DNA of 63,957 nt, filler included, from a bacterium (GTDB lineage Bacteria > JALSQH01), in NCBI GenBank assembly GCA_026985515.1. It is 6 parts of 6 records of this genome, joined end to end, with 100 filler letters (N's around TTAATTAATTAA, not from the genome) between each part and the next. Parts side by side here need not be neighbours in the genome. Positions count along the whole stretch, not along the records: positions 42,091 to 49,442 come from JALSQH010000229.1; positions 49,543 to 56,809 come from JALSQH010000231.1; positions 56,910 to 63,957 come from JALSQH010000236.1; 3 more parts are not named here. The stretch is one strand, 5' to 3'. This document shows positions 47,836-58,355 of this stretch, piece after piece. The notes beneath the pieces are model-generated. The model had not been told where the DNA came from. It made no database searches and saw nothing but the letters and a program-made list of their open reading frames with translations. Every line of letters starts with the position of its first letter. The first letter of the stretch is position 1. Made by a program: the position numbers and the translations under genes.

Positions 47836-48648
47836 CTATTTTGTGACAGGTATATCAAAGAAATCATTCCTGTATCTGTGCCACTTTACTTTTGAAATCT
47901 GCTCCCGAAAAAATGGCAGAACTTTCAGGGTCCAGTGGTATACAATCTTCGCATACCAGCTCCGGGGATGAAGATCATCGAGCCTGGTAAGATAGGAAAG
48001 AGCAGCCAGAGTATTTCCTTCATACGCTTCAAGTTCAGCAAGATCCACATATCCATATGGAAAATCTGGATCTATGGAAATCGCTTCAGAGAGAAGTTTT
48101 CTTGCCTTTTCAGGGTCACCATAACTCACAGGAAAATGTGGTAGTTTGTAAAGGGTCTTTGCAAGAACAATGGCAGGCTCACCATGCAGATAGGTTTTGT
48201 CCAGCTTATAAGCTTTCAGTAAATAGGAAAGCCCACGAGGAGCAAGATTTAAAACATTCAGAACCCCTTTCATCAAGCCATAAAGTCCGAGAAAACTGCC
48301 TTTCCACAACCATCCATCCGGGTCGCGTGGGAAAAGAGAAGTGGTTTCCTCGCTGAATTTCAACCCAAGCTTCACAGCCTTTTCCTTTTTATCTGGCGGT
48401 AATACATACCAGTAAAGAAAAGTGTAAATATTACGAAGTCTGAAAACTTTCAGGTTCCTTCTGTCCTTGTGAGCCAGTCTATCAAGGTTATCAATGATCC
48501 ACTTCAAATATGCTGGATTTTCAAGTTGCTTAAATGAGGAAGCAAAAGGTGCTGATGGGGGAGCAAAAAGATCATAGAGCCTTACATCAAAAGAAAGAAG
48601 TTTTCCTGCAAAACTGCATAACAAAATAATCAATATGAACCGTTTCAA
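47836..48648 (-). CDS. Exported TPR-like protein (TatT-like)
   Basis: Signal peptide; GWLWKGSFLGLYG..KGVL, LYKLP.FP.S.GD.EKA..L..A...DP. Confidence 0.55.
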   Translation of the reverse strand: MKRFILIILLCSFAGKLLSFDVRLYDLFAPPSAPFASSFKQLENPAYLKWIIDNLDRLAHKDRRNLKVFRLRNIYTFLYWYVLPPDKKEKAVKLGLKFSEETTSLFPRDPDGWLWKGSFLGLYGLMKGVLNVLNLAPRGLSYLLKAYKLDKTYLHGEPAIVLAKTLYKLPHFPVSYGDPEKARKLLSEAISIDPDFPYGYVDLAELEAYEGNTLAALSYLTRLDDLHPRSWYAKIVYHWTLKVLPFFREQISKVKWHRYRNDFFDIPVTK

Positions 48649-48660
48649 AACAAACCTCCA

Positions 48661-49442
48661 CTACGGTTGATACTTCTCCTTTTCATTTTCAACCAGTTCG
48701 ATCATTCTCTTTGCAACTCTTTTAATTTCCACCTCTTCCGAGATGTCACCCCTTCTGCTTTTTATCTCCACAACTCCTTTCTTTAACCCTCTCTCACCAA
48801 CAACGATTTTAAATGGATAACCAATCAAATCGGCATCCTTAAACTTGAACCCAGCCCTTTCCTCCCTGTCATCTATGATCACCTCTATCCCGGCTTCAAT
48901 TAACTCCTCATAAATTTTTTCTGCAGTTTCCCTGACTTCCTCTTTATCCCAGTTGGTTGGTATTATGATAACTTCAAAGGGCGCAATTGTAATGGGCCAT
49001 ATGATTCCATTCTCGTCATGGTTCTGTTCAATCGCTGCTGCGGCCACCCTTGTAACACCTATTCCGTAACATCCCATAATGAACGGTTTTTCCTTTCCAT
49101 CCCTGTCAAGAAAAGTTGCTTTCATGGCCTCACTGTACTTGGTTCCAAGTTTAAATATGTGACCAACTTCTATTCCTCTGGAGAATTCAAGTTCTGCCCC
49201 GCATCTGGGACATCTATCCCCCTTCACCGGCAGTCTGAGATTCATCACCCTCTCTTCTGGCACACTGAAATCCCTGCCGGGATTTACGTTTACAAAGTGA
49301 TAATCCTTTTCATTGGCACCTGTTACGCCATTTTTTACAGATAATACTGAACGGTCAATGAGTATGTTATCAAAATCAAGATTCACAGGTCCTGCAAACC
49401 CAACAGGAGCACCGGTGATTTTTTCTATTACTTCGGGCTCAG
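48661..49442 (-). CDS. proS: Prolyl-tRNA synthetase, C-terminal part (truncated)
   Basis: GIEVGHIFKLGTKYS, MGCYGIGV.R, DDREERAG.KF.DADLIG. Confidence 0.96.
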
Positions 49443-49542
49443 NNNNNNNNNNNNNNNNNNNNNNNNNNNNNNNNNNNNNNNNNNNNTTAATTAATTAANN
49501 NNNNNNNNNNNNNNNNNNNNNNNNNNNNNNNNNNNNNNNNNN
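49443..49542. other. Artificial contig spacer
   Basis: N44-TTAATTAATTAA-N44. Confidence 0.99.
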
Positions 49543-49872
49543 GTTTTAGAGAAATTTTACCATGTACAGATCAAACAACCTGAAGCAGTGACACAGCTAA
49601 ACATCCCTGTAAGACAGAGAAGAGTTATGTATCAGCATGGATCTTCTCAGTCCGCCACACCCCAGAGACACTCTCCCATAAGAAAGAGCAAAAGGGAGAT
49701 CGGAAGAAATGATCCCTGCTGGTGTGGTTCGGGCAAGAAGTATAAAAACTGCCATCTTGGCAAAGAGCCGGAAACTGAGCGGGAGAGATATCTCTATGAA
49801 CTCTACTTCACAAATCCCCGGAAGTGGGAAGAAGAAACCGGTGTAAAAATGAAAAAGAGGAATGCAAATTGA
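49543..49872 (+). CDS. secA: Preprotein translocase SecA, C-terminal end with SEC-C motif
   Basis: Frame open from the contig edge; [19 protein letters not shown]; followed by argJ. Confidence 0.75.
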   Translation, partial: VLEKFYHVQIKQPEAVTQLNIPVRQRRVMYQHGSSQSATPQRHSPIRKSKREIGRNDPCWCGSGKKYKNCHLGKEPETERERYLYELYFTNPRKWEEETGVKMKKRNAN

Positions 49873-51059
49873 ACAAAAAACTCTTTGTCCCTGGATTTAA
49901 AACATCCTCCTCCTGCGCCGGGATAAAAGAGAATTGTCCCGATGTGGCCCTTTTTTTCAGTGAAATTCCTGCCGTCACCGTTGGGTTCTTCACCACGAAC
50001 TCTCTGAAAGCCATTCCCGTAAGAATTTCTGAAGAAACGCTGAGAAAAAAAGAGAGGATACAGGCAATTATAGTTAACAGTGGAAACGCAAACGCCGCAA
50101 CGGGACAGGAGGGGGAAATAGCTGCAAAGGATGTGGTCAGGAGCGTTGCAGAGAGCCTCATTCTCGATCCTGACCAGATTTTACCAGCCTCCACTGGCAT
50201 AATAGGTGAAGTTCTGCCTGCAGATAAAATCAAAAAAGTTATTCCTGAACTGGTAAAGAATCTATCAAAGGATGGATGGGAAGAATCAGCCAGAGCCATA
50301 ATGACGACAGATACAGTTCCAAAGATCTCCTACAGGGAATTTTCCATTAGCGGTGAAAAAATCCACATCCTTGGAATTGCAAAGGGGGCAGGAATGATTC
50401 AGCCATCCATGGCAACCATGCTTGCCTTCATATTCACAAACGCTCTTATAACTCCGGAGGAGTTGAAGAGAATATCCACCCCGCTCATGGAGGAAACATT
50501 CAATATCATCAGTGTGGATGGGGAAATGAGTACAAACGACTCTGTCATCATAATGGCAAATGGTTTTTCATCAGTTCCAATCCTGAAAAAAACTGAAAAT
50601 TGTAGAAAATTCCGGAGAACTTTAAGAGAAGTGATGAAAGAACTCGCCCTCAAAATTGTTGACGATGGAGAGGGAGCAACTCACAGAATTGAGATTACAG
50701 TGGAAGGTGCAAAAAATAAGAATGAAGCCAGAAGAATCGCATATCGCCTTGCCAATTCTCCCCTTCTCAAAACTGCGGTGGCGGGAAATGATCCCAACTG
50801 GGGCAGGGTGTATGCTGCAGTTGGTTCCTTATCTCTTGACATAGAACCGGAGCAACTGGAAATTTCCATTGCCGGCATACCGCTCTACAGATGGGGTAAG
50901 TTACCTGAGAAGGAGATGGTGAAAAAAGCAGAAGAAGCGATGAAGGAGCGTGTGGTACCCATAAAAGTCACTCTGAGGAGAGGGAAGGGAAAATTTACAG
51001 TTTACACCACAGATTTCACCTGCGATTATGTAAAAATAAACGCAGATTACCATACCTGA
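49869..51059 (+). CDS. argJ: Ornithine acetyltransferase / N-acetylglutamate synthase
   Basis: [49 protein letters not shown] start overlapping the secA stop. Confidence 0.95.
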   Translation: MNKKLFVPGFKTSSSCAGIKENCPDVALFFSEIPAVTVGFFTTNSLKAIPVRISEETLRKKERIQAIIVNSGNANAATGQEGEIAAKDVVRSVAESLILDPDQILPASTGIIGEVLPADKIKKVIPELVKNLSKDGWEESARAIMTTDTVPKISYREFSISGEKIHILGIAKGAGMIQPSMATMLAFIFTNALITPEELKRISTPLMEETFNIISVDGEMSTNDSVIIMANGFSSVPILKKTENCRKFRRTLREVMKELALKIVDDGEGATHRIEITVEGAKNKNEARRIAYRLANSPLLKTAVAGNDPNWGRVYAAVGSLSLDIEPEQLEISIAGIPLYRWGKLPEKEMVKKAEEAMKERVVPIKVTLRRGKGKFTVYTTDFTCDYVKINADYHT

Positions 51060-51097
51060 AATTTTCGGGTCATTGTCTATTAATTCTAACCATTTAA

Positions 51098-51126
51098 TTG
51101 CAACTGTTCAGACTTTCATGTATAAT
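51098..51126 (+). promoter_or_regulatory. Sigma70 promoter of fbaB
   Basis: TTGCAA-N17-TATAAT. Confidence 0.7.
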
Positions 51127-51166
51127 AGTTTTGTAATAACAAACAATCAAAAAGGAGGAGGACAGG

Positions 51167-52228
51167 ATGTCAGTAATAGACAGGATTGTGGAACTGCTTG
51201 GCGAAGAAGAAACAAGGTATCTGCTCGAACACAAATCAAAAACCATTCCAAAAGAAAAACTTCACCTCCCCGGACCCGATTTTGTGGACAGAGTGGTGGC
51301 ACAATCAGATAGAAAACCGGCAGTTCTCAGGAATCTCCAGTGGATGTTCAACACAGGAAGACTTGCAGCAACAGGTTATCTCTCAATTCTTCCTGTGGAT
51401 CAGGGTGTTGAACACAGTGCCGGAGCATCCTTTGCACCCAATCCGGATTACTTTGACCCCGAAAATATAGTAAAACTCGCCATTGAAGGTGGATGCAATG
51501 CCGTAACCTCAACTCTTGGTGTTCTTGGTTCCGTGGCAAGGAAATACGCCCACAAGATACCTTTTATTCTGAAAATCAACCACAATGAGCTTCTCTCCTA
51601 CCCCAACAGATATGACCAGACTCTCTTTGCCAGTGTGAAACAGGCCTTTGATATGGGAGCTGTGGGAGTTGGAGCCACTATTTACTTTGGTTCCCCCGAA
51701 TCAAGGAGACAGATTAAGGAAATAAGTGAAGCATTTGAATACGCCCACGAACTTGGTATGTTTACAGTTCTCTGGACCTATCTGAGAAACTCGGCTTTTA
51801 AGGCTGATAAAGATTACCACTTTGCTGCGGACCTGACAGGGCAGGCAAACTATCTGGGAGCCACCATTGAGGCAGACATCATAAAGCAGAAGCTCCCCGA
51901 AAACAATGGCGGTTTCCTTGCCCTTAAATTTGGAAAGACCCATCCAAAGATGTATGAAGAAATCGTTTCCGACCACCCCATTGATATGGTGAGGTACCAG
52001 GTGGCAAACTGCTATATGGGAAGAATCGGTCTCATTAATTCAGGTGGAGCCTCAAAGGGATACAAGGACTTTGCAGAAATTGCAAGGACGGCCATCATAA
52101 ACAAAAGGGGGGGAGGAATGGGACTGATAACTGGAAGGAAAGCCTTCCAGAGACCCATGAAAGAGGGAATCGAGTTTCTCAACTTTGTTCAGGACATCTA
52201 TCTTGAAAAGTCAATTGACATAGCGTAA
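51167..52228 (+). CDS. fbaB: Class I fructose-bisphosphate aldolase (DhnA type)
   Basis: [44 protein letters not shown]. Confidence 0.95.
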   Translation: MSVIDRIVELLGEEETRYLLEHKSKTIPKEKLHLPGPDFVDRVVAQSDRKPAVLRNLQWMFNTGRLAATGYLSILPVDQGVEHSAGASFAPNPDYFDPENIVKLAIEGGCNAVTSTLGVLGSVARKYAHKIPFILKINHNELLSYPNRYDQTLFASVKQAFDMGAVGVGATIYFGSPESRRQIKEISEAFEYAHELGMFTVLWTYLRNSAFKADKDYHFAADLTGQANYLGATIEADIIKQKLPENNGGFLALKFGKTHPKMYEEIVSDHPIDMVRYQVANCYMGRIGLINSGGASKGYKDFAEIARTAIINKRGGGMGLITGRKAFQRPMKEGIEFLNFVQDIYLEKSIDIA

Positions 52229-52268
52229 AAGGAGGTATTTCCCCCTTCTTTTTTTACAGGAGGTGCCC

Positions 52269-53552
52269 ATGAAAGTTCTTGTTGTTGGTGGAGGAGGCAG
52301 GGAGCATGCAATCGCGTGGAAACTGGCACAGAGTCCAATGCTATCCAGACTCTACATAGCTCCTGGTAACGGGGGTACAGGGAAGGTGGGCGAAAATGTA
52401 AATATCTCTGCTGAAGATATAGAGGGTCTTTTAAATTTTGCAAGAAAGGAAAAAATTGATCTCACAGTGGTTGGTCCCGAAGCACCCCTTGTAAAAGGCA
52501 TAGTTGATGCCTTCACCCGGGAAGGATTGAAAATAATAGGTCCCGACAGGGAAGCGGCACAGCTTGAAGGAAGCAAATCATTCACCAAAAAGATAATGCA
52601 GGAAAATAACATACCAACAGCTGAGTATGCCGAATTTGAAGATTATGAAGAAGCTGTGAAATATGTCAAATCAAGAGGTGCTCCCATTGTGGTCAAAGCT
52701 GATGGACTGGCTGCTGGAAAAGGTGTAACTGTGGCAATGAGTGTTGATGAGGCCCTTGAAGCACTAAAAAAAGTTATGGTTGATAAAATTTTTGGAGAAG
52801 CGGGTAAGAAAGTGGTAATTGAGGAGTATCTGGAGGGTGAAGAGGCAAGTTACATTGTTCTCACAGATGGTAAATATATACTTCCACTGGCATCCTCCCA
52901 GGATCATAAAAGAGCCTTTGATGGTGACAGGGGACCCAACACGGGAGGAATGGGAGCCTACTCTCCCGCACCAGTTGTTACACCTGAAGTTGAGAGAGAT
53001 ATCATGGAAAAAATCGTTATACCCATCATAAAGGCAATGGAAAAAAGGGGAACTCCATTCAGAGGCGTCCTGTATGGGGGACTGATGATAACGGAGGAGG
53101 GACCGAAGGTTCTGGAGTTCAACGTCAGATTTGGTGATCCGGAGGCACAGCCCATTCTGTTAAGAATGAAAGGAGATCTTCTTGACGCATTCGTAAAATT
53201 ATCAGAAGGGGAGCTTGAAAAGGCCAGCATCTCCTGGGATGAGGATGCAGCTGTGGGTGTCGTTATGGCATCACAGGGATATCCAGGCAAGTATGAAAAG
53301 GGTAAAGTTATTCATGGCCTCGAAGAGGTAGAAAAAATGGAAAACGTTGTGGTTTTCCATGCAGGAACCCGATATGAGAATGGAAGATACCTTACAAATG
53401 GTGGAAGGGTTCTCTGTGTGACTGCAAAGGATAGAGATATACCATCAGCCATCAAAAGGGCATATGAGGCAGTGGAAAAAATTCACTGGGAAGGCGCCTT
53501 CTTCAGGAGAGACATTGGTAAAAAAGCACTGAAACATCTGGGACTGGATTAG
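52269..53552 (+). CDS. purD: Phosphoribosylamine-glycine ligase
   Basis: GGGGREHA, KADGLAAGKGV, QDHKR, GPNTGGMG, RFGDPE. Confidence 0.98.
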   Translation: MKVLVVGGGGREHAIAWKLAQSPMLSRLYIAPGNGGTGKVGENVNISAEDIEGLLNFARKEKIDLTVVGPEAPLVKGIVDAFTREGLKIIGPDREAAQLEGSKSFTKKIMQENNIPTAEYAEFEDYEEAVKYVKSRGAPIVVKADGLAAGKGVTVAMSVDEALEALKKVMVDKIFGEAGKKVVIEEYLEGEEASYIVLTDGKYILPLASSQDHKRAFDGDRGPNTGGMGAYSPAPVVTPEVERDIMEKIVIPIIKAMEKRGTPFRGVLYGGLMITEEGPKVLEFNVRFGDPEAQPILLRMKGDLLDAFVKLSEGELEKASISWDEDAAVGVVMASQGYPGKYEKGKVIHGLEEVEKMENVVVFHAGTRYENGRYLTNGGRVLCVTAKDRDIPSAIKRAYEAVEKIHWEGAFFRRDIGKKALKHLGLD

Positions 53553-53974
53553 ACAAATTTTTCCCTGTATTCAACTTCAAATTTCTTCCTGTATTCACGA
53601 AACCTTCTTCTGCTTTCCTGGAGAGTTTCGTCACTGCTCCTGTCCACAAAATCCACAACCCATTCAAACTGACTGATAAAATCTTCTGAAGCAGGTACAT
53701 CAAGAACAAGAACATCAGATCCATTGAGATTTCTCTCAAGGATCGTTATTACAACCGGTTCATCCTGAACCACATCTTCTGCATAGGTGTGTGGTATAAA
53801 AGACTGCTGCTTAAAGGTCCAGAGAAGATCATCAAGCTGCTCACCTCTTTCCTGTGAATCTGTGAGAATCAGCACCTTTTCACCCATGTTGTAAAATTTT
53901 TCCACAGAAAGGGCAAGGGTTTTATCCTTTCCATAATCCCTGGTATCCACAAAAATTATCTTCGTTTTCCCCAT
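53549..53974 (-). CDS. holC: DNA polymerase III chi subunit
   Basis: LDDLLWTF...SFIPH, SRRRFREY. Confidence 0.85.
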   Translation of the reverse strand: MGKTKIIFVDTRDYGKDKTLALSVEKFYNMGEKVLILTDSQERGEQLDDLLWTFKQQSFIPHTYAEDVVQDEPVVITILERNLNGSDVLVLDVPASEDFISQFEWVVDFVDRSSDETLQESRRRFREYRKKFEVEYREKFV

Positions 53975-54354
53975 TTTATTACCCTCAATTTCACTTTAAC
54001 AACCCCCTTTCCAATCATGCCCAGTTTCTTTGCAGCTGCATAAGAGAGATCAATAATTCTTCCAGCCTTGTAGGGACCTCTGTCATTAATTCTCACCACC
54101 ACTTTTCTACCATTTTCAAGATTGGTAACTTCCACCAGTGTTCCAAAGGGGTAGTAACGATGGGCAGCGGTATAATCGTACATATTGAAAACCTCTCCGC
54201 TTGCAGTCAATTTACCATTAAAACCAGGCCCATAGTAGCTGGCATAACCATACTCCACCCTCTTCAACTTTCCAGGACCGGGGGTACAGCAACAACCTGA
54301 AAAAATTATGATTAAACTACTCATCAAAAATAACTTCCAGTGCCTCCGCCACAT
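53956..54354 (-). CDS. rlpA: RlpA-family lytic transglycosylase lipoprotein (DPBB domain only)
   Basis: ASYYG..F.G.LTASGE, TAAH, VRINDRGP, RIIDLS; lipobox FSG|C. Confidence 0.9.
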   Translation of the reverse strand: MWRRHWKLFLMSSLIIIFSGCCCTPGPGKLKRVEYGYASYYGPGFNGKLTASGEVFNMYDYTAAHRYYPFGTLVEVTNLENGRKVVVRINDRGPYKAGRIIDLSYAAAKKLGMIGKGVVKVKLRVIKWGKRR

Positions 54355-55672
54355 TTTTCACCCCCACCAGAAATTTTCTGTATTTTTCTGAAATTTCACC
54401 ATAGTTGGTTGCCGGAATGATAATTCTACTGAACCCGCTTTTCACAGCTTCTTTAACCCTTTTTTCAACTTCCTTAACTCTTCTCACTTCTCCCACAAGT
54501 CCCACCTCACCGATAAGAAGGGTTTCCGGAGAAATCTGCTTCTCCCTGAAACTGCTTGCAATGGCAGAAATCACAGCAAAGTCAGAAGCCGTCTCCTGTA
54601 TTCTCATTCCCCCCACAACATTTACAAAAACATCCTGCCCCCCAATATGATAGTGAGCCCTCTTTTCAAGAATAGCAATAAGAAGTGAAACCCTGTTGGG
54701 ATCAAGTCCAATAACAGTTCTTCTCGGTATGGCAAAAGGTGAAGGTGAGACAAGAGCCTGTATCTCAATGAGAAATGGCCTTGTACCCTCCATCGCAACA
54801 GTCACACTGCTACCGGGAACCTCAACCTGCCTACCTTCGAGAAAAAGAGCAGACGGATTTTTAACCTCAATTAGACCACTCTGCGTCATTTCAAAGATTC
54901 CCACCTCATTGGTGGGACCAAATCTGTTTTTATTGCTCCTCAGAACCCTTAAATCAGTTGCGGAATCACCCTCAAAGTAGAGCACAGTATCAACAATATG
55001 CTCAAGCAAACTTGGACCTGCTATGTTTCCCTCCTTCGTAACATGCCCTATCAGAAAAATAGGTATATTGAGCTTTTTGGCTATCTCGGTGGATCTGTAT
55101 GCAACCTCCCTCACCTGCACAACTGACCCGGGAACTGAGCCAACCTCTTCAACATACATCGTTTGTACAGAATCTATGATAACCAGCGATGGCTTCTCTT
55201 TTTCAATTATTCTGCTGATTGAATCAAAATCGGTTTCAGAAATCAAAAACAGATCCTCAGAATTTATTCCCAGCCTCCCTGCCCTCAGCCCGATCTGGGT
55301 TTCAGATTCTTCACCAGATACATAGAGAACCTTTCCATGAAATTCGCAAATCCTGTTCCCTACCTGAAGGAGAAGAGTTGACTTACCTACTCCAGGCTGC
55401 CCTCCCACAAGCACAACACTACCCTCCACAATACCTCCCCCAAGAACCCTGTCAAACTCTTCAATTCCCGTCTCTATTCTCTTCTCTCTGCTCTCAGAGA
55501 CCTGTGTAACGGGAAGAGGAGTTTTTACACTATTCTTTGAACTTCTTACTCTGTTGCTGTTCTCTATTTCACGGAAACTATTCCAGCTACCACAGGAGGG
55601 ACACTTACCAAGCCACTTGTTGCTCCTGTATCCGCAAATATCGCATATATAAATCTTTTGAGGTCTGGCCAT
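54317..55672 (-). CDS. radA: DNA repair protein RadA/Sms
   Basis: C4 zinc finger, GQPGVGKSTLL, KNRFG, Lon-like C-terminus. Confidence 0.97.
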   Translation of the reverse strand: MARPQKIYICDICGYRSNKWLGKCPSCGSWNSFREIENSNRVRSSKNSVKTPLPVTQVSESREKRIETGIEEFDRVLGGGIVEGSVVLVGGQPGVGKSTLLLQVGNRICEFHGKVLYVSGEESETQIGLRAGRLGINSEDLFLISETDFDSISRIIEKEKPSLVIIDSVQTMYVEEVGSVPGSVVQVREVAYRSTEIAKKLNIPIFLIGHVTKEGNIAGPSLLEHIVDTVLYFEGDSATDLRVLRSNKNRFGPTNEVGIFEMTQSGLIEVKNPSALFLEGRQVEVPGSSVTVAMEGTRPFLIEIQALVSPSPFAIPRRTVIGLDPNRVSLLIAILEKRAHYHIGGQDVFVNVVGGMRIQETASDFAVISAIASSFREKQISPETLLIGEVGLVGEVRRVKEVEKRVKEAVKSGFSRIIIPATNYGEISEKYRKFLVGVKNVAEALEVIFDE

Positions 55673-56809
55673 TATTGATTGATCTCAACAATCCTGTAAA
55701 TCAATTGATCATAGGTGTAACTCCTGTAGGCGAAGGCGAGAGAACCATTGGGGGCTATCCTCATTTTTGAGTATTCTCCGGTGATTCCCACTGAATCAAC
55801 AATGTCATAATGCCAGCTTCCCCTGTCTTTCCAGGCAAGCCTGAGATCGCTGTAGGTGGAATCAAAAAAGCTGATAAAGGGCTTTCCATTCAAAAGTACC
55901 ACATTTATGTAGGCGTCACACATGTCTTCCGTCATCAACATCTCCCTGTGCCACTGCCCATTCACTTCATAGGCAAGTTTAACCTTATAATTGGTAGAAT
56001 CTGAATATGCAATGTAAGGATTGTCATTTTCATCAAGGACAATAGAATTCCACTTCCCGAGATCTTCAGGGCTGTTATCACCTTCAGGGGGATCATCAAT
56101 TACCTCCTTCACCCAGCTCCCCTGTCTGGGATCATAGTAGGCGTAACGCAGGTCGCCGAGGAATCCGTCATAATAGGCAATATGAGGGTAACCAAGAGAA
56201 TCAAGTGCTATGGAAGTTTGACGGTTAAGTACACCTCCTCCTGCCGCAGTAATACCATCATCCACTTCCTGAACAATATAATTTCTGCCATCCCACCTGG
56301 CGTATTTTAGATCCTGATTCTCCCCATCAATATAGGCTATGTGAACCATTCCATTTTTATCCACAGCAAGACTGATCCACAACCCCACATCGGGAGCATC
56401 GTCAATAACAATTTTGTTCCACAGACCACTTCTCTTATAGGCAAGTTTCAACCTTCCATTCGTCGCGTCAAAATACGCAATTACAGGGTTACCATTCACC
56501 AGTCCAATTGCTGAATACTGCCCCACATCTCCATCATCATCAACCTTTTCATTCACCCAGTTTCCCTGTGCATCCAGAGTGGCAAACCACAGTGACTGAG
56601 AATTTGCCTCATAGTAACTTATATAGGGATAACCTTCCTCATCGAGGACAAAATCTATCCAGTAAGCCTTCACATTATCTGCAACCACAGCACTCTTAAC
56701 TACAGGAAGGGTAACTTTTTCCGGACAGGGAGGAGGACATTTGCACTCTGGACACTTCTTCTTGTTTCCTCCATTACATGCGACCAAAACAGAGAAAAAC
56801 AAAATAACC
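55672..56809 (-). CDS. Beta-propeller repeat lipoprotein (N-terminus at contig edge)
   Basis: LVA|C lipobox; repeats of VD..G.VG...SI.LD..G.P.IAYYD.....L.YA. Confidence 0.65.
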
Positions 56810-56909
56810 NNNNNNNNNNNNNNNNNNNNNNNNNNNNNNNNNNNNNNNNNNNNTTAATTAATTAANNNNNNNNNNNNNNNNNNNNNNNNNNNNNNNNNNN
56901 NNNNNNNNN
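56810..56909. other. Artificial contig spacer
   Basis: N44-TTAATTAATTAA-N44. Confidence 0.99.
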
Positions 56910-57582
56910 GTCTGAAAAGACCGTTATCGTCGAAGTTTATCTTTGCATCAAGAGCAAGCAATCTTCCGTCACCGGTTATTACCAGGGGATTAATTTCCGC
57001 AAGGGATGCATCCTTTGCCACAAAGAGATTGTAAAGTCCACTTACAAAACTTGTGAATTTCTTTACCTGATCCTTATCAAGCCCCATATCATACCCCAAT
57101 TTTCTCCCCATGTAAGGGGAAAAACCAACAGCAGGATCTACATAAACCTTGTGGATCTTTTCAGGTGTTTTGGCAGCAACCTCCTCTATTTCCATTCCGC
57201 CAGCTTCACTGGCCATGATGACAATCCTGGAAGCAGATCTGTCAATAACCATTCCAAGATAAAGCTCCTGAACAATCTCCATCGCCTCTTCTACAAGGAC
57301 CTTTCTAACTATCTTGCCCTCTGGCCCCGTCTGATGGGTTACCAGCTTCATTCCTATCATCTGTTTTGCAATTTCATAAGCCTCTTCAGGAGACTTCGCA
57401 ATTTTTACTCCACCAGCCTTCCCTCTTCCACCTGCATGTACCTGGGCCTTGATAACTGCCTTACCACCAAGCTGTTTGGTGTAATACTTTACCTCTTCCG
57501 GAGTATAGGCAAGTTTACCTGCTGGTACCGGAACACCAAACTCTTTCAATAATTCCTTGGCCTGATACTCATGTATCTTCAC
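56910..57582 (-). CDS. sucC: Succinyl-CoA synthetase beta subunit (C-terminus truncated)
   Basis: MKIHEYQAK, KAQVHAGGRGKAGGV, EINPL, LDAK. Confidence 0.97.
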
Positions 57583-57614
57583 TTTTCAACCTCCTGAATC
57601 AAGATAAGAGATTT

Positions 57615-57642
57615 ATTATACAATTTAAAAATTATCGTTCAA
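57615..57642 (-). promoter_or_regulatory. Putative internal sucC promoter
   Basis: TTGAAC-N16-TATAAT on the minus strand. Confidence 0.45.
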
Positions 57643-57648
57643 CAATTT

Positions 57649-58353
57649 TTACAGCTTGCTTGTCACAACCTTCAACTTCAACCTGGAAATGTACTCGGTA
57701 ATATTGATCTCCTTTGGACATGCCTCCACACAGTTGAAAATCACATGGCATCGCCATACACCATCAGCGTCATTTACGATCCTCAACCTCTCTTCAGTCA
57801 GAGTGTCCCTGGTATCAAAGATAAACCTGTACGCTTTAAGGAGTGCAGCTGGACCAAGATAATCATCATCAGCCCAGAAAGAAGGACATGAACTTGTACA
57901 GCAACCACACCAGATACAGGAATATGCTTCATCAATGAGTTTCTGTTCCTCCGGAGTCTGGAGAAACTCTCTTCCTGGAGGTGGATTATCATTTACGAGA
58001 TAAGGCTTTACTTTGAACATCTTTTCATAGAACTTATTCATATCAACCACAAGATCTTTTATAACTGGATAGCTCTTCAATGGCTCGATTTTAATAGGCT
58101 TACTTGTATCAAGGTCCTTTATAAGAGTCTGACATGCGAGTCTGTTTTTACCATTAATTGTCATACCGCAGGAACCACAGATAGCATGAGCGCATGAGCG
58201 TCTGAAGGTGAGAGTCCCATCATAATGCCACTTTATATCATTCAACACATCAAGCAGAACTGTATTTGGCTCGACATCAAGGGTATACTCTTTGTAATAT
58301 GGCTTCTTATCTTTATCGGGATCATATCTGAATATCTTAAATGTGGCCTTCAC
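57649..58353 (-). CDS. sdhB: Succinate dehydrogenase iron-sulfur subunit
   Basis: RSCAHAICGSC, CIWCGCCTSSCP, CHVIFNCVEACP. Confidence 0.96.
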   Translation of the reverse strand: MKATFKIFRYDPDKDKKPYYKEYTLDVEPNTVLLDVLNDIKWHYDGTLTFRRSCAHAICGSCGMTINGKNRLACQTLIKDLDTSKPIKIEPLKSYPVIKDLVVDMNKFYEKMFKVKPYLVNDNPPPGREFLQTPEEQKLIDEAYSCIWCGCCTSSCPSFWADDDYLGPAALLKAYRFIFDTRDTLTEERLRIVNDADGVWRCHVIFNCVEACPKEINITEYISRLKLKVVTSKL

Positions 58354-58355
58354 TT

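Noticed and set aside
51073-51312. 79-aa ORF overlapping the fbaB start
   Set aside because: Spans the promoter and overlaps fbaB out of frame; no SD or motif.
52229-52256. Possible terminator after fbaB (AAGGAGG...CCCCCTT + T-run)
   Set aside because: The stem is short and has a mismatch; too weak to call.
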